This document shows, in pieces, positions 20,256-30,474 of a stretch of DNA of 64,000 nt (positions are counted from its first letter, which is position 1; each line of letters opens with the position of its first letter). The notes below the pieces were generated by a model, which saw nothing but the letters and a program-made list of their open reading frames with translations, ran no database searches and was not told the origin of the DNA. Made by a program: the position numbers and the translations under genes. The DNA is from a virus. The stretch spans positions 95,684 through 159,683 of IMG/VR virus record IMGVR_UViG_3300032224_000970. The stretch is one strand, 5' to 3'.

Positions 20256-20512
20256 AAAAACTTCTGCTAATCACTATTATGTTATTGGTTGGTTGCTCTA
20301 CTGCACCAATCGTTCCAAAATTTCCAGATGTTCCGCAAGAGTTATTGACGGAATGTCCAGATTTAAAACAAACAGAGCCTACTACTAAGCTAAGTGATGT
20401 TGTGAAGGTTGTTGCTGATAATTACGGTCGTTATCATGAGTGTCGTATTAAAGCTGAGGTGTGGACTGAATGGTATAAAACACAGAAAAAGATTTTCGAG
20501 GGTGTAAAGTAA
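20252..20512 (+). CDS. Rz1-like outer-membrane spanin lipoprotein
   Basis: lipobox LVGC, Pro-rich segment, two further Cys. Confidence 0.75.
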   Translation: MKKLLLITIMLLVGCSTAPIVPKFPDVPQELLTECPDLKQTEPTTKLSDVVKVVADNYGRYHECRIKAEVWTEWYKTQKKIFEGVK

Positions 20513-20847
20513 TGGCGACACAAAGACTAGACATTGAGAGGATTGCTAAATTGGAAGCGCAAATGGAAGACCTAAAAACCGATGTTGCCGATGTCAAGCA
20601 AGACATTAAAGAATTGCATTCTCGTATCACAACTGGTAATCGTGAGATCATGGACAAGATCGACACTACAGTTGCCACTCTTGCAACAGCAGACGAAGAA
20701 CAACATAAACTCATTACAAAGACTTTGAATGAAGTTAAAGAACGTGTAGATATTCTTGAGAAGTGGAGATTTATGATTGTTGGTGGTGCTATTGCACTTG
20801 GCTATCTAATGTCACATTTGTCAATTTTCGAAAAATTTTTTAAATAA
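20512..20847 (+). CDS. coiled-coil protein with C-terminal TM helix
   Basis: heptads then WRFMIVGGAIALGYLM; upstream of primase. Confidence 0.6.
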   Translation: MATQRLDIERIAKLEAQMEDLKTDVADVKQDIKELHSRITTGNREIMDKIDTTVATLATADEEQHKLITKTLNEVKERVDILEKWRFMIVGGAIALGYLMSHLSIFEKFFK

Positions 20848-20849
20848 AT

Positions 20850-20878
20850 TTGCTTTGCAATATGAAAAGGGGTATACT
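20850..20878 (+). promoter_or_regulatory. promoter (TTGCTT-17-TATACT)
   Basis: upstream of primase; TGCTT resembles a T4 middle-promoter element. Confidence 0.55.
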
Positions 20879-20908
20879 TACGGTGTAGCCCTTTGAGTGA
20901 GAGATATT

Positions 20909-21925
20909 ATGTTATACATTGATGCGAAGTATGCAAACATCTTGGGTAGTCGCCTAAGAAACTTCAAACAAAAGAATGATTATGTTTGGAACTATTCATG
21001 TCCAGTTTGCGGAGATAGTTCTAAGAACAAATTGAAAGCACGTGGATATATCTACCGTAAGAAGTCAGATCTATTCGTGAAGTGTCACAATTGTCAGTAT
21101 GGCAGCAACATTGGCAATCTTATTAAGCATGTTGATCCCGTCCTTTATAATGAGTATGTCTTGGAGCGTTATAAATCTGGCGCAACAAGATACAATGACC
21201 ATAAAGACGTAGCAGAAATTCTCCCCAAAGAAACCGAACTACTAGAGGATGATATTCTCAGTGGTTTGAAACGACTTGATCGTATGGATGAATCACACCC
21301 AGCAGTTAAGTATGTGATTGACAGAAAGATACCGAAGGATAAGTGGTATCTTTTGTATTTTTCACCGAAGTTTAAAGCATTTACGAATACTGTCAATCCA
21401 AAGTTTCAAGAACCGATCGAGGGTGACCATCCTCGTATGATCATTCCATACTTCACAGCTGCAGGTAAGTGTTTTGCTTTTGCTGCTCGAGCATATGGAA
21501 ACGAAGAGCCTAAGTATTACACAATCAAGGTAGATGAGACACAGGAGAAAATTTATGGTATGGATAGATTGGACTTTTCTAGAAGAATTTATGTGGTGGA
21601 AGGACCCATTGACTCGCTATGCATTCCAAATGCAATTGCTGTGTCAGGAGCAAGTTTTGATACCCCTACTATTCGCCAGTTGCTTACTAACGCAACGATT
21701 GTAATGGACAATGAACCTCGCAATAAAGACATAGTAAAACAACTTGCTAAGTATATCGATTTAGGGTATAATGTATTCTTATATCCAGATAATGTCAAAG
21801 AAAAAGATTTGAACGAGATGATCCTATCTGGAACTACTCCGAACGAAATTTTAGAAATGATAAATACAAATACCTTCACAGGTATCGAAGCCAAATTGAA
21901 ATTTAGTACATGGAGAAAAACGTGA
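20909..21925 (+). CDS. 61: DNA primase gp61
   Basis: CPVCGDS...CHNC zinc finger, VVEGPIDSL, MDNEPRN, KDLNEM TOPRIM motifs. Confidence 0.95.
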   Translation: MLYIDAKYANILGSRLRNFKQKNDYVWNYSCPVCGDSSKNKLKARGYIYRKKSDLFVKCHNCQYGSNIGNLIKHVDPVLYNEYVLERYKSGATRYNDHKDVAEILPKETELLEDDILSGLKRLDRMDESHPAVKYVIDRKIPKDKWYLLYFSPKFKAFTNTVNPKFQEPIEGDHPRMIIPYFTAAGKCFAFAARAYGNEEPKYYTIKVDETQEKIYGMDRLDFSRRIYVVEGPIDSLCIPNAIAVSGASFDTPTIRQLLTNATIVMDNEPRNKDIVKQLAKYIDLGYNVFLYPDNVKEKDLNEMILSGTTPNEILEMINTNTFTGIEAKLKFSTWRKT

Positions 21926-22596
21926 AAGTACAGTTAATAAGTTACAGCCAACCCGATACCTACTTCGTGGAGAACACCACAGAATTGATTGCGTTCTGTG
22001 CAAGAGTATCAAATCCCAGCAATCAAAATAACACAGATACATCAGAGAAGTTAATTCGCTATCTAATTAAAAACAAACACTGGTCACCACTAGAGATGGT
22101 TTCTATGTGTTTAGAGATAGTAACTACTCGAGATATCGCAAGGCAGATCTTGCGCCATCGTTCTTTTTCATTTCAAGAGTTTAGTCAGCGTTATGCTGAC
22201 CCAACCAAGGAACTAGATTTTGTACTACGAGAAGCAAGATTACAAGACACAAAAAACAGACAGAATAGCGTAGAGTTAGACTACAGCAATGACGACCATC
22301 GTCGTCTAGCAGCACAGTGGGAAGTTTTACAAAATGAAATTATCCGACGTGCAAAAGAAGCATACTCATGGGCTATTGACAAGGGCATCGCCAAAGAACA
22401 AGCAAGAGCAGTATTACCAGAGGGATTGACTGAAAGTCGTATATACATGAATGGTACGTTGCGTAGCTGGATTCATTTCATTGAACTCCGATCTGCAAAT
22501 GGTACTCAAAAGGAACATCAGTTAGTAGCACTAGAATGTGCAAAGGTTATTGCCACAGTATTCCCAATGGCAACTGAATTAGTAAATAAAGAATAA
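21922..22596 (+). CDS. thyX: flavin-dependent thymidylate synthase
   Basis: HWSPLE, RHRSFSFQEFSQRY ThyX motif; GTG start assumed. Confidence 0.95.
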   Translation: MKVQLISYSQPDTYFVENTTELIAFCARVSNPSNQNNTDTSEKLIRYLIKNKHWSPLEMVSMCLEIVTTRDIARQILRHRSFSFQEFSQRYADPTKELDFVLREARLQDTKNRQNSVELDYSNDDHRRLAAQWEVLQNEIIRRAKEAYSWAIDKGIAKEQARAVLPEGLTESRIYMNGTLRSWIHFIELRSANGTQKEHQLVALECAKVIATVFPMATELVNKE

Positions 22597-22612
22597 GAAC
22601 ATCGGAGTAAAA

Positions 22613-24421
22613 ATGGAAAGTATTGTGCATGGCATAAAGGTGGATTACACCCGAGACAGTTTGTTTGATGAATTAGGTAAGTTAAGATTAAAAGAAAGTT
22701 ACATGAAGGATGAGGAAGTATCTCCTCAAGAAAGGTTCGCTTATGTTTCGATCACTTTTGGAAGCAATCCAGACCATGCTCAGCGTCTGTATAATTACTC
22801 CAGCAATCATTGGCTTAGTTATTCTACTCCAATTCTTTCTTTTGGTCGTTCTAAGCGTGGCATGCCTATATCATGTTTTCTTAACTACATTGAAGATACA
22901 GCAGAGGGTCTAGTTGATAATCTATCTGAAACTAATTGGCTTAGTATGTTGGGTGGTGGTGTCGGTATCGGTTTTGGTATCAGGTCTGCTGATGACAAGT
23001 CAACTGGCGTCATGCCACACCTCAAAATGTATGATGCGTCCTCGCTGGCTTACAGACAAGGTCGTACTCGCAGAGGCAGTTACGCTGCTTATCTTGACAT
23101 ATCTCATCCTGATATTATCAATTTTCTAGAGATGCGCAAGCCAACAGGTGACCAGAATATGCGTTGCCTTAATTTACATCATGGGCTAAACATCACTGAT
23201 GACTTCATGCAGATTATTGAGAACTGTATGTTGGATCCAGAAGCAGACGATTCCTGGGAGTTGAAGGATCCACATAGTGGAGAGATTCGTGAAACTGTAT
23301 TAGCAAAAGAACTGTGGCAACGTATCCTTGAGATGCGTATGCAAACTGGCGAACCATACCTACATTTCATTGATGAATCCAATCGTAAACTACCTCAGTG
23401 GTTGAAGGAAAAAGGTTTAAAGGTTCATCAATCAAATCTTTGCTCTGAAATTATTCTACCAACCAATGAAGAACGTACTGCTGTTTGTTGCTTGTCTTCG
23501 TTAAACTTGGAGTACTATGATGAATGGAAATCAAATAAATTATTTTTGCGTGATGTGGCGGAAATGTTGGACAATGTTCTCAACTATTTTATTGACAATG
23601 CTCCTGATACTATCGCAAGAGCAAAGTATTCAGCAATGCGTGAGCGCAGTATTGGGATTGGTGCTTTGGGTTGGCATGCTCTACTACAACGTAAGAATAT
23701 TCCATGGGAATCATCCCAAGCAGTTGGACTCAACAAACAAATCTTCAAACATATCAGAGAGGGATTAGATGACGCCAATAAAGTATTGGGAATGGAGAGA
23801 GGTGAGGCACCAGACGCTGAAGGTACTGGCAATCGTTTCAGCCATCTCATGGCAATTGCTCCCAATGCTTCTTCTTCCATCCTTATGGGCAATACCTCTC
23901 CTAGTATTGAACCTTATAGGGCTAATGCATATCGCCAAGACACTTTGTCGGGTTCTCACTTAAACAAGAACAAGTGGCTTGATAAAGTTATTCAGAATCA
24001 CTTGTCTAGCGATGGTGGAACCATATCGCAAAATGAGTATAATGATATCTGGTCTTCAATCATTGCTAATGATGGTAGCGTTCAACATCTAGATTGGATG
24101 GATGAATGGACAAAGGATGTATTCAAGACTTCAATGGAGATTGACCAGCGTTGGGTTGTTCAGCATGCTGCTGATCGTCAAGAGTTTATCGACCAAGCCC
24201 AATCATTGAATGTTTTCTTTAGACCAGATAGCCACATCAAGTATATCCATGCTGTGCACTTCCAAGCATGGAAGCAGGGACTGAAGACAATGTACTACTG
24301 CCGTAGTGATAAGATTGCTAAAGCAGATAAAGTATCAAAGCGTATTGAACGAGAAGTAATTAAAGAGATTGATTTACATGCACTGACAGAAGGAAACGAC
24401 TGCCTTGCTTGCGAAGGATAA
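22613..24421 (+). CDS. nrdA: ribonucleotide reductase class I alpha subunit
   Basis: ISCF, SNLCSEI, APNASSS, TMYY, C-terminal CLACEG. Confidence 0.96.
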   Translation: MESIVHGIKVDYTRDSLFDELGKLRLKESYMKDEEVSPQERFAYVSITFGSNPDHAQRLYNYSSNHWLSYSTPILSFGRSKRGMPISCFLNYIEDTAEGLVDNLSETNWLSMLGGGVGIGFGIRSADDKSTGVMPHLKMYDASSLAYRQGRTRRGSYAAYLDISHPDIINFLEMRKPTGDQNMRCLNLHHGLNITDDFMQIIENCMLDPEADDSWELKDPHSGEIRETVLAKELWQRILEMRMQTGEPYLHFIDESNRKLPQWLKEKGLKVHQSNLCSEIILPTNEERTAVCCLSSLNLEYYDEWKSNKLFLRDVAEMLDNVLNYFIDNAPDTIARAKYSAMRERSIGIGALGWHALLQRKNIPWESSQAVGLNKQIFKHIREGLDDANKVLGMERGEAPDAEGTGNRFSHLMAIAPNASSSILMGNTSPSIEPYRANAYRQDTLSGSHLNKNKWLDKVIQNHLSSDGGTISQNEYNDIWSSIIANDGSVQHLDWMDEWTKDVFKTSMEIDQRWVVQHAADRQEFIDQAQSLNVFFRPDSHIKYIHAVHFQAWKQGLKTMYYCRSDKIAKADKVSKRIEREVIKEIDLHALTEGNDCLACEG

Positions 24422-24425
24422 AAGG

Positions 24426-25418
24426 ATGATAACGAAAACAAAAACCAAACTAACAGATCAACGTACTTATTTTAAACCATTCAACTATCCATGGGCATAT
24501 GATGCATGGTTGAAACATGAACAGGCACACTGGCTTCATACAGAAGTGCCGATGGCTGAAGATGTAAAAGACTGGAAGAAGAAACTTACTGCTGAGGAAA
24601 AGCAATTCCTTACAAACATCTTTCGTTTCTTCACACAGGGTGATATCGATGTAGCAGGTGGTTATGTAAATAACTATCTTCCATATTTCCCACAGCCAGA
24701 GATCCGTATGATGCTTATGGGATTCGCTGCACGTGAAGCATTGCATATTGCAGCATATTCTCACCTGATTGAAACTTTAGGAATGCCCGAAGCCACTTAT
24801 AATGAATTCCTTGAATATCAAGAGATGAAGGATAAGCATGACTATGTTACCACACTCAGTTCGAAAAATGGCACTCTCGCCTCGACAGCTACCCACATCG
24901 CAGTCTTCTCTGCTTTTACTGAGGGTATGCAGCTGTTTAGTTCTTTTATTATGCTACTTAATTTTCCAAGACATGGTATAATGAAAGGTATGGGGCAGAT
25001 CGTTACTTGGTCTATCGTTGATGAAACAATGCATGCCGAGAATATGATTCGTCTATTCAAAGAGTTTATCAAAGAGAACAATGAGATCTGGAATGATGAT
25101 CTGAAGAGCAAGATCTATTCTATCGCTGAAAAGATGGTAGAGTTAGAAGATAAGTTTATTGACCTTTGCTACGCCAATGGTGATATGCGTGACTTGTCTG
25201 CAGCTGATGTAAAACAATACATTCGTTACATTGCTGATCGCAGACTTATCTCTCTTGGTATGAAAGGTATTTTCAAAGTAAAGCGTAACCCACTACCATG
25301 GGTGGAAGAAATGATCAATGCACCAGTGCATGGCAACTTCTTTGAGAATCGTGTAACTGACTACGCTAAGGGTGCGTTATCTGGATCATGGACTGATGTG
25401 TGGGGGAAAGCAGCATAA
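24426..25418 (+). CDS. nrdB: ribonucleotide reductase class I beta subunit
   Basis: EALHIAAY, EGMQLFSSF, DETMH, NFFENRVTDY. Confidence 0.96.
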   Translation: MITKTKTKLTDQRTYFKPFNYPWAYDAWLKHEQAHWLHTEVPMAEDVKDWKKKLTAEEKQFLTNIFRFFTQGDIDVAGGYVNNYLPYFPQPEIRMMLMGFAAREALHIAAYSHLIETLGMPEATYNEFLEYQEMKDKHDYVTTLSSKNGTLASTATHIAVFSAFTEGMQLFSSFIMLLNFPRHGIMKGMGQIVTWSIVDETMHAENMIRLFKEFIKENNEIWNDDLKSKIYSIAEKMVELEDKFIDLCYANGDMRDLSAADVKQYIRYIADRRLISLGMKGIFKVKRNPLPWVEEMINAPVHGNFFENRVTDYAKGALSGSWTDVWGKAA

Positions 25419-25567
25419 TGGCAATCAAATATTTTGAGTGTGCGGAGTGTGGAGCAGAAGGAAAGATTACAGTAAAGGGTAATGATATCCCAGTACAAGA
25501 TATTGTATACTGTCCAGTCTGCTCTGCCGACATCTACGAAGAAGAGGAGTTCGACGAGGAAGAATAA
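25418..25567 (+). CDS. small zinc-ribbon protein with acidic tail (not in ORF track)
   Basis: MAIKYFECAECG...YCPVCSADIYEEEEFDEEE; TAATG coupling to nrdB. Confidence 0.75.
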   Translation: MAIKYFECAECGAEGKITVKGNDIPVQDIVYCPVCSADIYEEEEFDEEE

Positions 25568-25577
25568 ATAGTCTTCT

Positions 25578-26003
25578 ATGTGGACTTATTTAAACAATAT
25601 CGTTGAAGAATTACCAGAAGATTGTGTAGGTTTTGTATACCTAATCACCAACACAATCTCAAATCGCAAGTATGTAGGTAAGAAGTTAGCCAAGTTCTCA
25701 AAGACCACTTACAAGATGGTCAAGTTAAAGAATGGCACTAAGAAGAAAAAGAAGATAAGATCCAAGATTGATTCCGACTGGCAGGATTACTATGGATCTA
25801 GTATTGAATTACAAAAAGACATAGAATCATTAGGCAAAGAAAACTTTGTAAGAGAAATTTTATATTTCTGTAAATCAAAAGCAGAGTGTTCTTACATAGA
25901 AGCCAGAGAACAATTTACTAGAAGGGTACTAGAGAGCACTGAGTACTACAATAATAACATTATGTGTAGGATTCATGGCTCTCATATTATTAACAAGATA
26001 TGA
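25578..26003 (+). CDS. GIY-YIG nuclease
   Basis: GFVYLITN...KYVGKK, YYGSS, E, YYN. Confidence 0.8.
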   Translation: MWTYLNNIVEELPEDCVGFVYLITNTISNRKYVGKKLAKFSKTTYKMVKLKNGTKKKKKIRSKIDSDWQDYYGSSIELQKDIESLGKENFVREILYFCKSKAECSYIEAREQFTRRVLESTEYYNNNIMCRIHGSHIINKI

Positions 26004-27076
26004 AATACTTACTATTCCTAACAGCTTTATCGCTGTCAGCAACGGCAGCGTATTACTCCATCATGGGATTGGTAGCAATTTTTGCTGCAGCTGCTATCCC
26101 AATCTTTGTCATGGGTTCACTACTTGAAGTATCTAAACTTGTAGTAGCATCATGGCTATACCGAAATTGGAAAGAAATACCAATATTATTGAAGAGTTAT
26201 TTCTCAGTAGCATTGGTAGTTCTTATGCTGTTAACTTCAATGGGTATCTTTGGCTATCTGTCAAAGGCACACTTGGATCAAGCAGTACCATCAGGTGATG
26301 TGCAGGCAAAACTTGCATTAATAGATGAAAAAATTAAAACAGAAAAGGAGAACATAAATGCAAGTCGTAAAGAACTTTCTCAACTCGATGCTCAAGTTGA
26401 TCAAACCATCAGTAGAACAACCGAAGCCAGTGGAACAGACCGAGCCATTGCCATCCGTAGAGGACAGCAAAAAGATAGAGCCAGAATCCTCAACGAAATC
26501 GGTCAAGCGCAAGCCAAGATCGCAAAGTACAACGAAGAACGTGCGCCAATCGCCAGCGAAGTCCGCAAAGTCGAAGCCGAAGTCGGTCCGATCAAATACA
26601 TCGCAGCGTTAATATATGGAGATACTGCTGACCAAAATTTATTAGAGTCAGCAGTCCGTATTGTTATCCTGTTGATTGTATTTGTATTTGATCCACTTGC
26701 TGTGTTGATGTTGGTCGCTGCTAATTTGGAAATGGTGAAGGGTATGAAAAAAGATCCCGAACAAATTATAGAAGAACCAGCACCACAAGCACAACCAGAT
26801 CCCGAACCAGTAGAACCACCGAAACCTTTACCGAGTGAAGCAAAGAGTATAATCAAAGACTTCTTTACTGGTAATAAAACTGTAAAGGAAGAAGTGAAGG
26901 AAGAGGAAAAAGGTAAAGAGTGGGAAAAACAATTATACGATAGAGTTGAACCTAAGAAAAAGAGAGTTATAAGTTATGATACTCTTGGAAGAAGAATTAC
27001 TCCACTTACTGAACAAGAATTGATTGAAATACAAGTAGAAGAATTACAAAGAGATACTCCGCATAAAGCATCTTGA
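26000..27076 (+). CDS. multi-TM membrane protein with coiled coil
   Basis: three N-terminal TMs, SMGIFGYLSKAH, EAEVGPIKYIA, FDPLAV. Confidence 0.7.
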   Translation: MKYLLFLTALSLSATAAYYSIMGLVAIFAAAAIPIFVMGSLLEVSKLVVASWLYRNWKEIPILLKSYFSVALVVLMLLTSMGIFGYLSKAHLDQAVPSGDVQAKLALIDEKIKTEKENINASRKELSQLDAQVDQTISRTTEASGTDRAIAIRRGQQKDRARILNEIGQAQAKIAKYNEERAPIASEVRKVEAEVGPIKYIAALIYGDTADQNLLESAVRIVILLIVFVFDPLAVLMLVAANLEMVKGMKKDPEQIIEEPAPQAQPDPEPVEPPKPLPSEAKSIIKDFFTGNKTVKEEVKEEEKGKEWEKQLYDRVEPKKKRVISYDTLGRRITPLTEQELIEIQVEELQRDTPHKAS

Positions 27077-27121
27077 GACCTTGAAACCGCTAAATAGTTT
27101 TGGATCCCAATAACAACTATA

Positions 27122-27691
27122 ATGGATTTAAAGATGGCACAAGAACAAACTCAAGCAAAACCTCTATCTCGTTCTGAAAGAGAAGCACTTATTAAAGATA
27201 AAGCAGGATGGGTTATTACTATCCTTGCTGCTCTATTGGCAATTAATACTTATATGGGTGGTGGTAATAGTTCGAAGGTGTTGAATAATACCATTGAAGC
27301 CAACAATACATGGGCATTCTATCAGGCAAAAAGCATTAAGCAAACATTAGCTGAGCAGTCTCAAGATGATGCTAAATTTCGTAATGACACGAAGAAAGTA
27401 GAATTTCTTCAGAAGAAAATTGATCGTTATGAATCTGATCCAGCAACTGGTGAGGGTAAAAAAGAATTGATGGAAAAAGCAAGAAAACTAGAAGCTGATC
27501 GTGCTGTTGCTAAATCACGTGGACCATGGTATACATTCGCTGGAAGTTTATTCCAGATTGCTATTGTATTACTAACAGCATCTATTCTTGCGGTAAACAA
27601 CAGATTATATAATGCCAGTCTTGGAGTTGGTGCGCTTGCAGCCATACTTATGTCACAAGCAATTTGGTTATGGTTACCACTAACAATCTAA
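27122..27691 (+). CDS. DUF4337-like membrane protein
   Basis: WAFYQAKSIKQ, FQIAIVL, three TMs; preceded by CTAAATA. Confidence 0.65.
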   Translation: MDLKMAQEQTQAKPLSRSEREALIKDKAGWVITILAALLAINTYMGGGNSSKVLNNTIEANNTWAFYQAKSIKQTLAEQSQDDAKFRNDTKKVEFLQKKIDRYESDPATGEGKKELMEKARKLEADRAVAKSRGPWYTFAGSLFQIAIVLLTASILAVNNRLYNASLGVGALAAILMSQAIWLWLPLTI

Positions 27692-27703
27692 TAAGGGAAC
27701 AAA

Positions 27704-28177
27704 ATGAACAGAAAGATCGCTACAGCGGTGCTTTTTGTCATGGCTACATCACTTGCAATGGCAGATCCCATTGTAACCGACTCGACTAGTAGAAGCACAA
27801 CAGACTCTACCTCAACAAGCACGACAACAGTAAAATCCCCACCTCCAACTGCGGTGGCTCCAGCAATCACAAGCATCAATAATGACTTATGTGCAGTAGG
27901 TGTATCTGGCGCAGCACAAACACAAATTCTTGGTATCGCTATCGGTTCTACATTCGTAGATAAGAATTGCGAAAGATTAAAGTTATCCAAGACACTTTAT
28001 GACATGGGTATGAAAGTAGCTGCAGTTGCTACTCTGTGTCAAGACGAACGTGTGTTTACTGCTATGATGAATGCAGGAACACCATGTCCTGTTGATGGAA
28101 AAATTGGTGAGTCTGCTAAAGCAATTTGGGACGCTGATCCATCTAGACAGCCACAGAAAATCAAGAGTAAAGACTAA
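27704..28177 (+). CDS. secreted Cys-containing protein
   Basis: signal peptide ending AMA, Ser/Thr linker, DKNCERLKLSK...AGTPCP. Confidence 0.65.
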   Translation: MNRKIATAVLFVMATSLAMADPIVTDSTSRSTTDSTSTSTTTVKSPPPTAVAPAITSINNDLCAVGVSGAAQTQILGIAIGSTFVDKNCERLKLSKTLYDMGMKVAAVATLCQDERVFTAMMNAGTPCPVDGKIGESAKAIWDADPSRQPQKIKSKD

Positions 28178-30474
28178 TGCGTTTCGCATTGGCATTTTTT
28201 CTAATGATAGTTTTGGCAGTGTTGCTGCCAAAGGCACGTGCACAATCCACCGTATCTAACAACATTTTAACTCCAACAGTCCCAGCATGGTCTGGTTCTG
28301 TCGCAGGACAAAATGGTGGTTACTCTGGTGGTGGTAATGGACCAGCATTTAATTCTACAACAAATACTTTAATCTTTGGATATACTAATGCAACTGCAAC
28401 ACAAAATATATCTGCCCAAGCATTTGCTATTCAACATGCACTAGATCTAGCAAACTCTGGTATTAAAATTCAGGGATATAACTACTCATGGCAGATTAAT
28501 AACTCTGGTCAACAGTCAGGAACACTTACTGGTAAAGTTGATCTTCTTAGATCAGGTAGTGTGCTAGAGTCTTATACTTACAACTATAATGCACCAACAA
28601 ATGGGTTTGAGTTAAAGACTGGTACACAGAATTTTACGAATGAATATGATATGCTCTCTACAGATGCAATCAGATTATCATTTACTGGTAAGGATAGTAG
28701 ATTCTGGTCAGGTTATTATGGACCACAGGTTAGACAGCCATCTCTAACACTTAACTATACAACAGACCCATGTGCTGCTAATCCATTATATTCACCAAGT
28801 TGTCCAAACTACAATAAAGTACTGACTAGTCAAAACCTACTTGGGAATGAATATGGTATACAAAGTTATGCTATCAATCAAGCACTAGCATTATCTGGTT
28901 CAGGTGTGCAGATTAATGGTTTCAAGTATGGTTATGACTTGTATGTTGGTGGTGATTGGTGTTATTTTGGATTTATAATTTGTTTTGATTGGAGACAATC
29001 TTCAATGGCAGTAGATGTTAATGTTACATCAGCTGCAGGAACAAATCTGTATACTGCAACACATGATCATACTCAACAAAATACATTCGGTAGTTACAGC
29101 TACAGTTATGTGTTCCCAACAAAACAACCATTGACATCGATGGGCAACTTCTCATTGTCTTCAAGACAATTTGGAACAGGTGCATTATACAGTAGCTGGA
29201 GTAACTGGCAGTATACACCTGACCCATGCGTAGTAGATCCACTGTCATCTGCAACATGTCCAGGTTACGCAGTTGCTTATAAAACACAACAGTGTGCTGC
29301 CAATCCTTTATATGCAGCTGATTGTCCAGGATATGCTGCTGCTATGTTTACACAGCAATGTACTGCTAATGTTTTGTCAGACCCGACATGTCCAGGATAT
29401 GCATCTGCTTATTTAAACTATCAGTGCTCTATCAACCCTCTCTATTCAACAACTTGTGCTGGATATGAAACTGCATATTTCAGTCAGCAGTGCTCTATCA
29501 ATCCTTTATACAACAGTAGATGTGATGGTTATGCAGTCGCTTACAAAGCACAACAGTGTTCACTAAATGCTCTTTATGCTACTGACTGTCCAGGATATGC
29601 TACAGCCTATAAATCTCAACAGTGTTCACTAAATGCTCTTTATGCTACTGACTGTCCAGGATATGCAGCTGCTTATAAAACACAGCAGTGTAATTCAGAT
29701 GGATTATATGCAAGAGACTGCCCAAACTATGCTGAAGCATATGCTAAGAAAAATGTTCTAAACATATCTTCAACAGGAACTACTACCACAACTACTGCAC
29801 CGAAAACTACAACTACAGTTTCAACTACAGAACCAACACCAACAGTTTCGAGTAGTGGTAAGGTTACAACTGATGTTGCGATTGTAAGTGATAGTAATGT
29901 AAACACAGTTATCACTAGTAAGTCAACAAGTACTGATGCAGCTGCAACTTCTGCACCTGTTAACGTAACTAAACAAGAATCACCACAACAATCTCAACAA
30001 ACACAACCAACAACTACAGCATCTGCCCCACAGGACAAGAAAGCTGAGGAGAAAAAAGATGATGCTCCGAAAGGCACTGGAGGCAGTTCTTCGCCACAAA
30101 ATACTGGTAATGCTACAGCGTCATCTGATACAAAGAACGAACCAAAAACTGCAAGACAAGAAATAGCAGAGAAGAGACAGGAAGCTGCCAGAGCAAAGGC
30201 AGTTGAGACTGGAAAGAATCTCGCTAATGAAATGGGTAAAGCATCAAACATGGATCAACAGATTGCTGTTCAGAATGTAGTTATACAAGCAATGGGTTTC
30301 ACTCCAGGATTTGATGCATATGGTAAAACAGTAGTTCCAGATGTTATTGGTTATAAACCCTTTACAGTTTACAACAATCAAAAAAATATCGACAATCGTG
30401 CCAATCTAAGAATGTGGACTGGTACTGATAATCTGCACAATGAAATGGTGGAGAAACAATATGAAGGTAGATAA
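28177..30474 (+). CDS. secreted protein with 22-aa Cys-rich repeats
   Basis: signal peptide ending ARA|Q; two beta-rich domains; QQCxxNPLYxxxCPGY repeats; Thr-rich stalk. Confidence 0.7.
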   Translation: MRFALAFFLMIVLAVLLPKARAQSTVSNNILTPTVPAWSGSVAGQNGGYSGGGNGPAFNSTTNTLIFGYTNATATQNISAQAFAIQHALDLANSGIKIQGYNYSWQINNSGQQSGTLTGKVDLLRSGSVLESYTYNYNAPTNGFELKTGTQNFTNEYDMLSTDAIRLSFTGKDSRFWSGYYGPQVRQPSLTLNYTTDPCAANPLYSPSCPNYNKVLTSQNLLGNEYGIQSYAINQALALSGSGVQINGFKYGYDLYVGGDWCYFGFIICFDWRQSSMAVDVNVTSAAGTNLYTATHDHTQQNTFGSYSYSYVFPTKQPLTSMGNFSLSSRQFGTGALYSSWSNWQYTPDPCVVDPLSSATCPGYAVAYKTQQCAANPLYAADCPGYAAAMFTQQCTANVLSDPTCPGYASAYLNYQCSINPLYSTTCAGYETAYFSQQCSINPLYNSRCDGYAVAYKAQQCSLNALYATDCPGYATAYKSQQCSLNALYATDCPGYAAAYKTQQCNSDGLYARDCPNYAEAYAKKNVLNISSTGTTTTTTAPKTTTTVSTTEPTPTVSSSGKVTTDVAIVSDSNVNTVITSKSTSTDAAATSAPVNVTKQESPQQSQQTQPTTTASAPQDKKAEEKKDDAPKGTGGSSSPQNTGNATASSDTKNEPKTARQEIAEKRQEAARAKAVETGKNLANEMGKASNMDQQIAVQNVVIQAMGFTPGFDAYGKTVVPDVIGYKPFTVYNNQKNIDNRANLRMWTGTDNLHNEMVEKQYEGR
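29221..29745 (+). repeat. ~8 tandem 66-nt coding repeats
   Basis: C-x3-PLY-x3-CPGY units; 50-nt identical stretch at 29551 and 29617. Confidence 0.85.

Noticed and set aside
25578-26003. Mobile homing endonuclease or intron in nrd genes
   Set aside because: nrdA and nrdB are uninterrupted, and the GIY-YIG protein has no obvious extra DNA-binding domain
29221-29745. Tandem repeats as a possible CRISPR array
   Set aside because: 66-nt in-frame coding repeats with synonymous variation and no unique spacers
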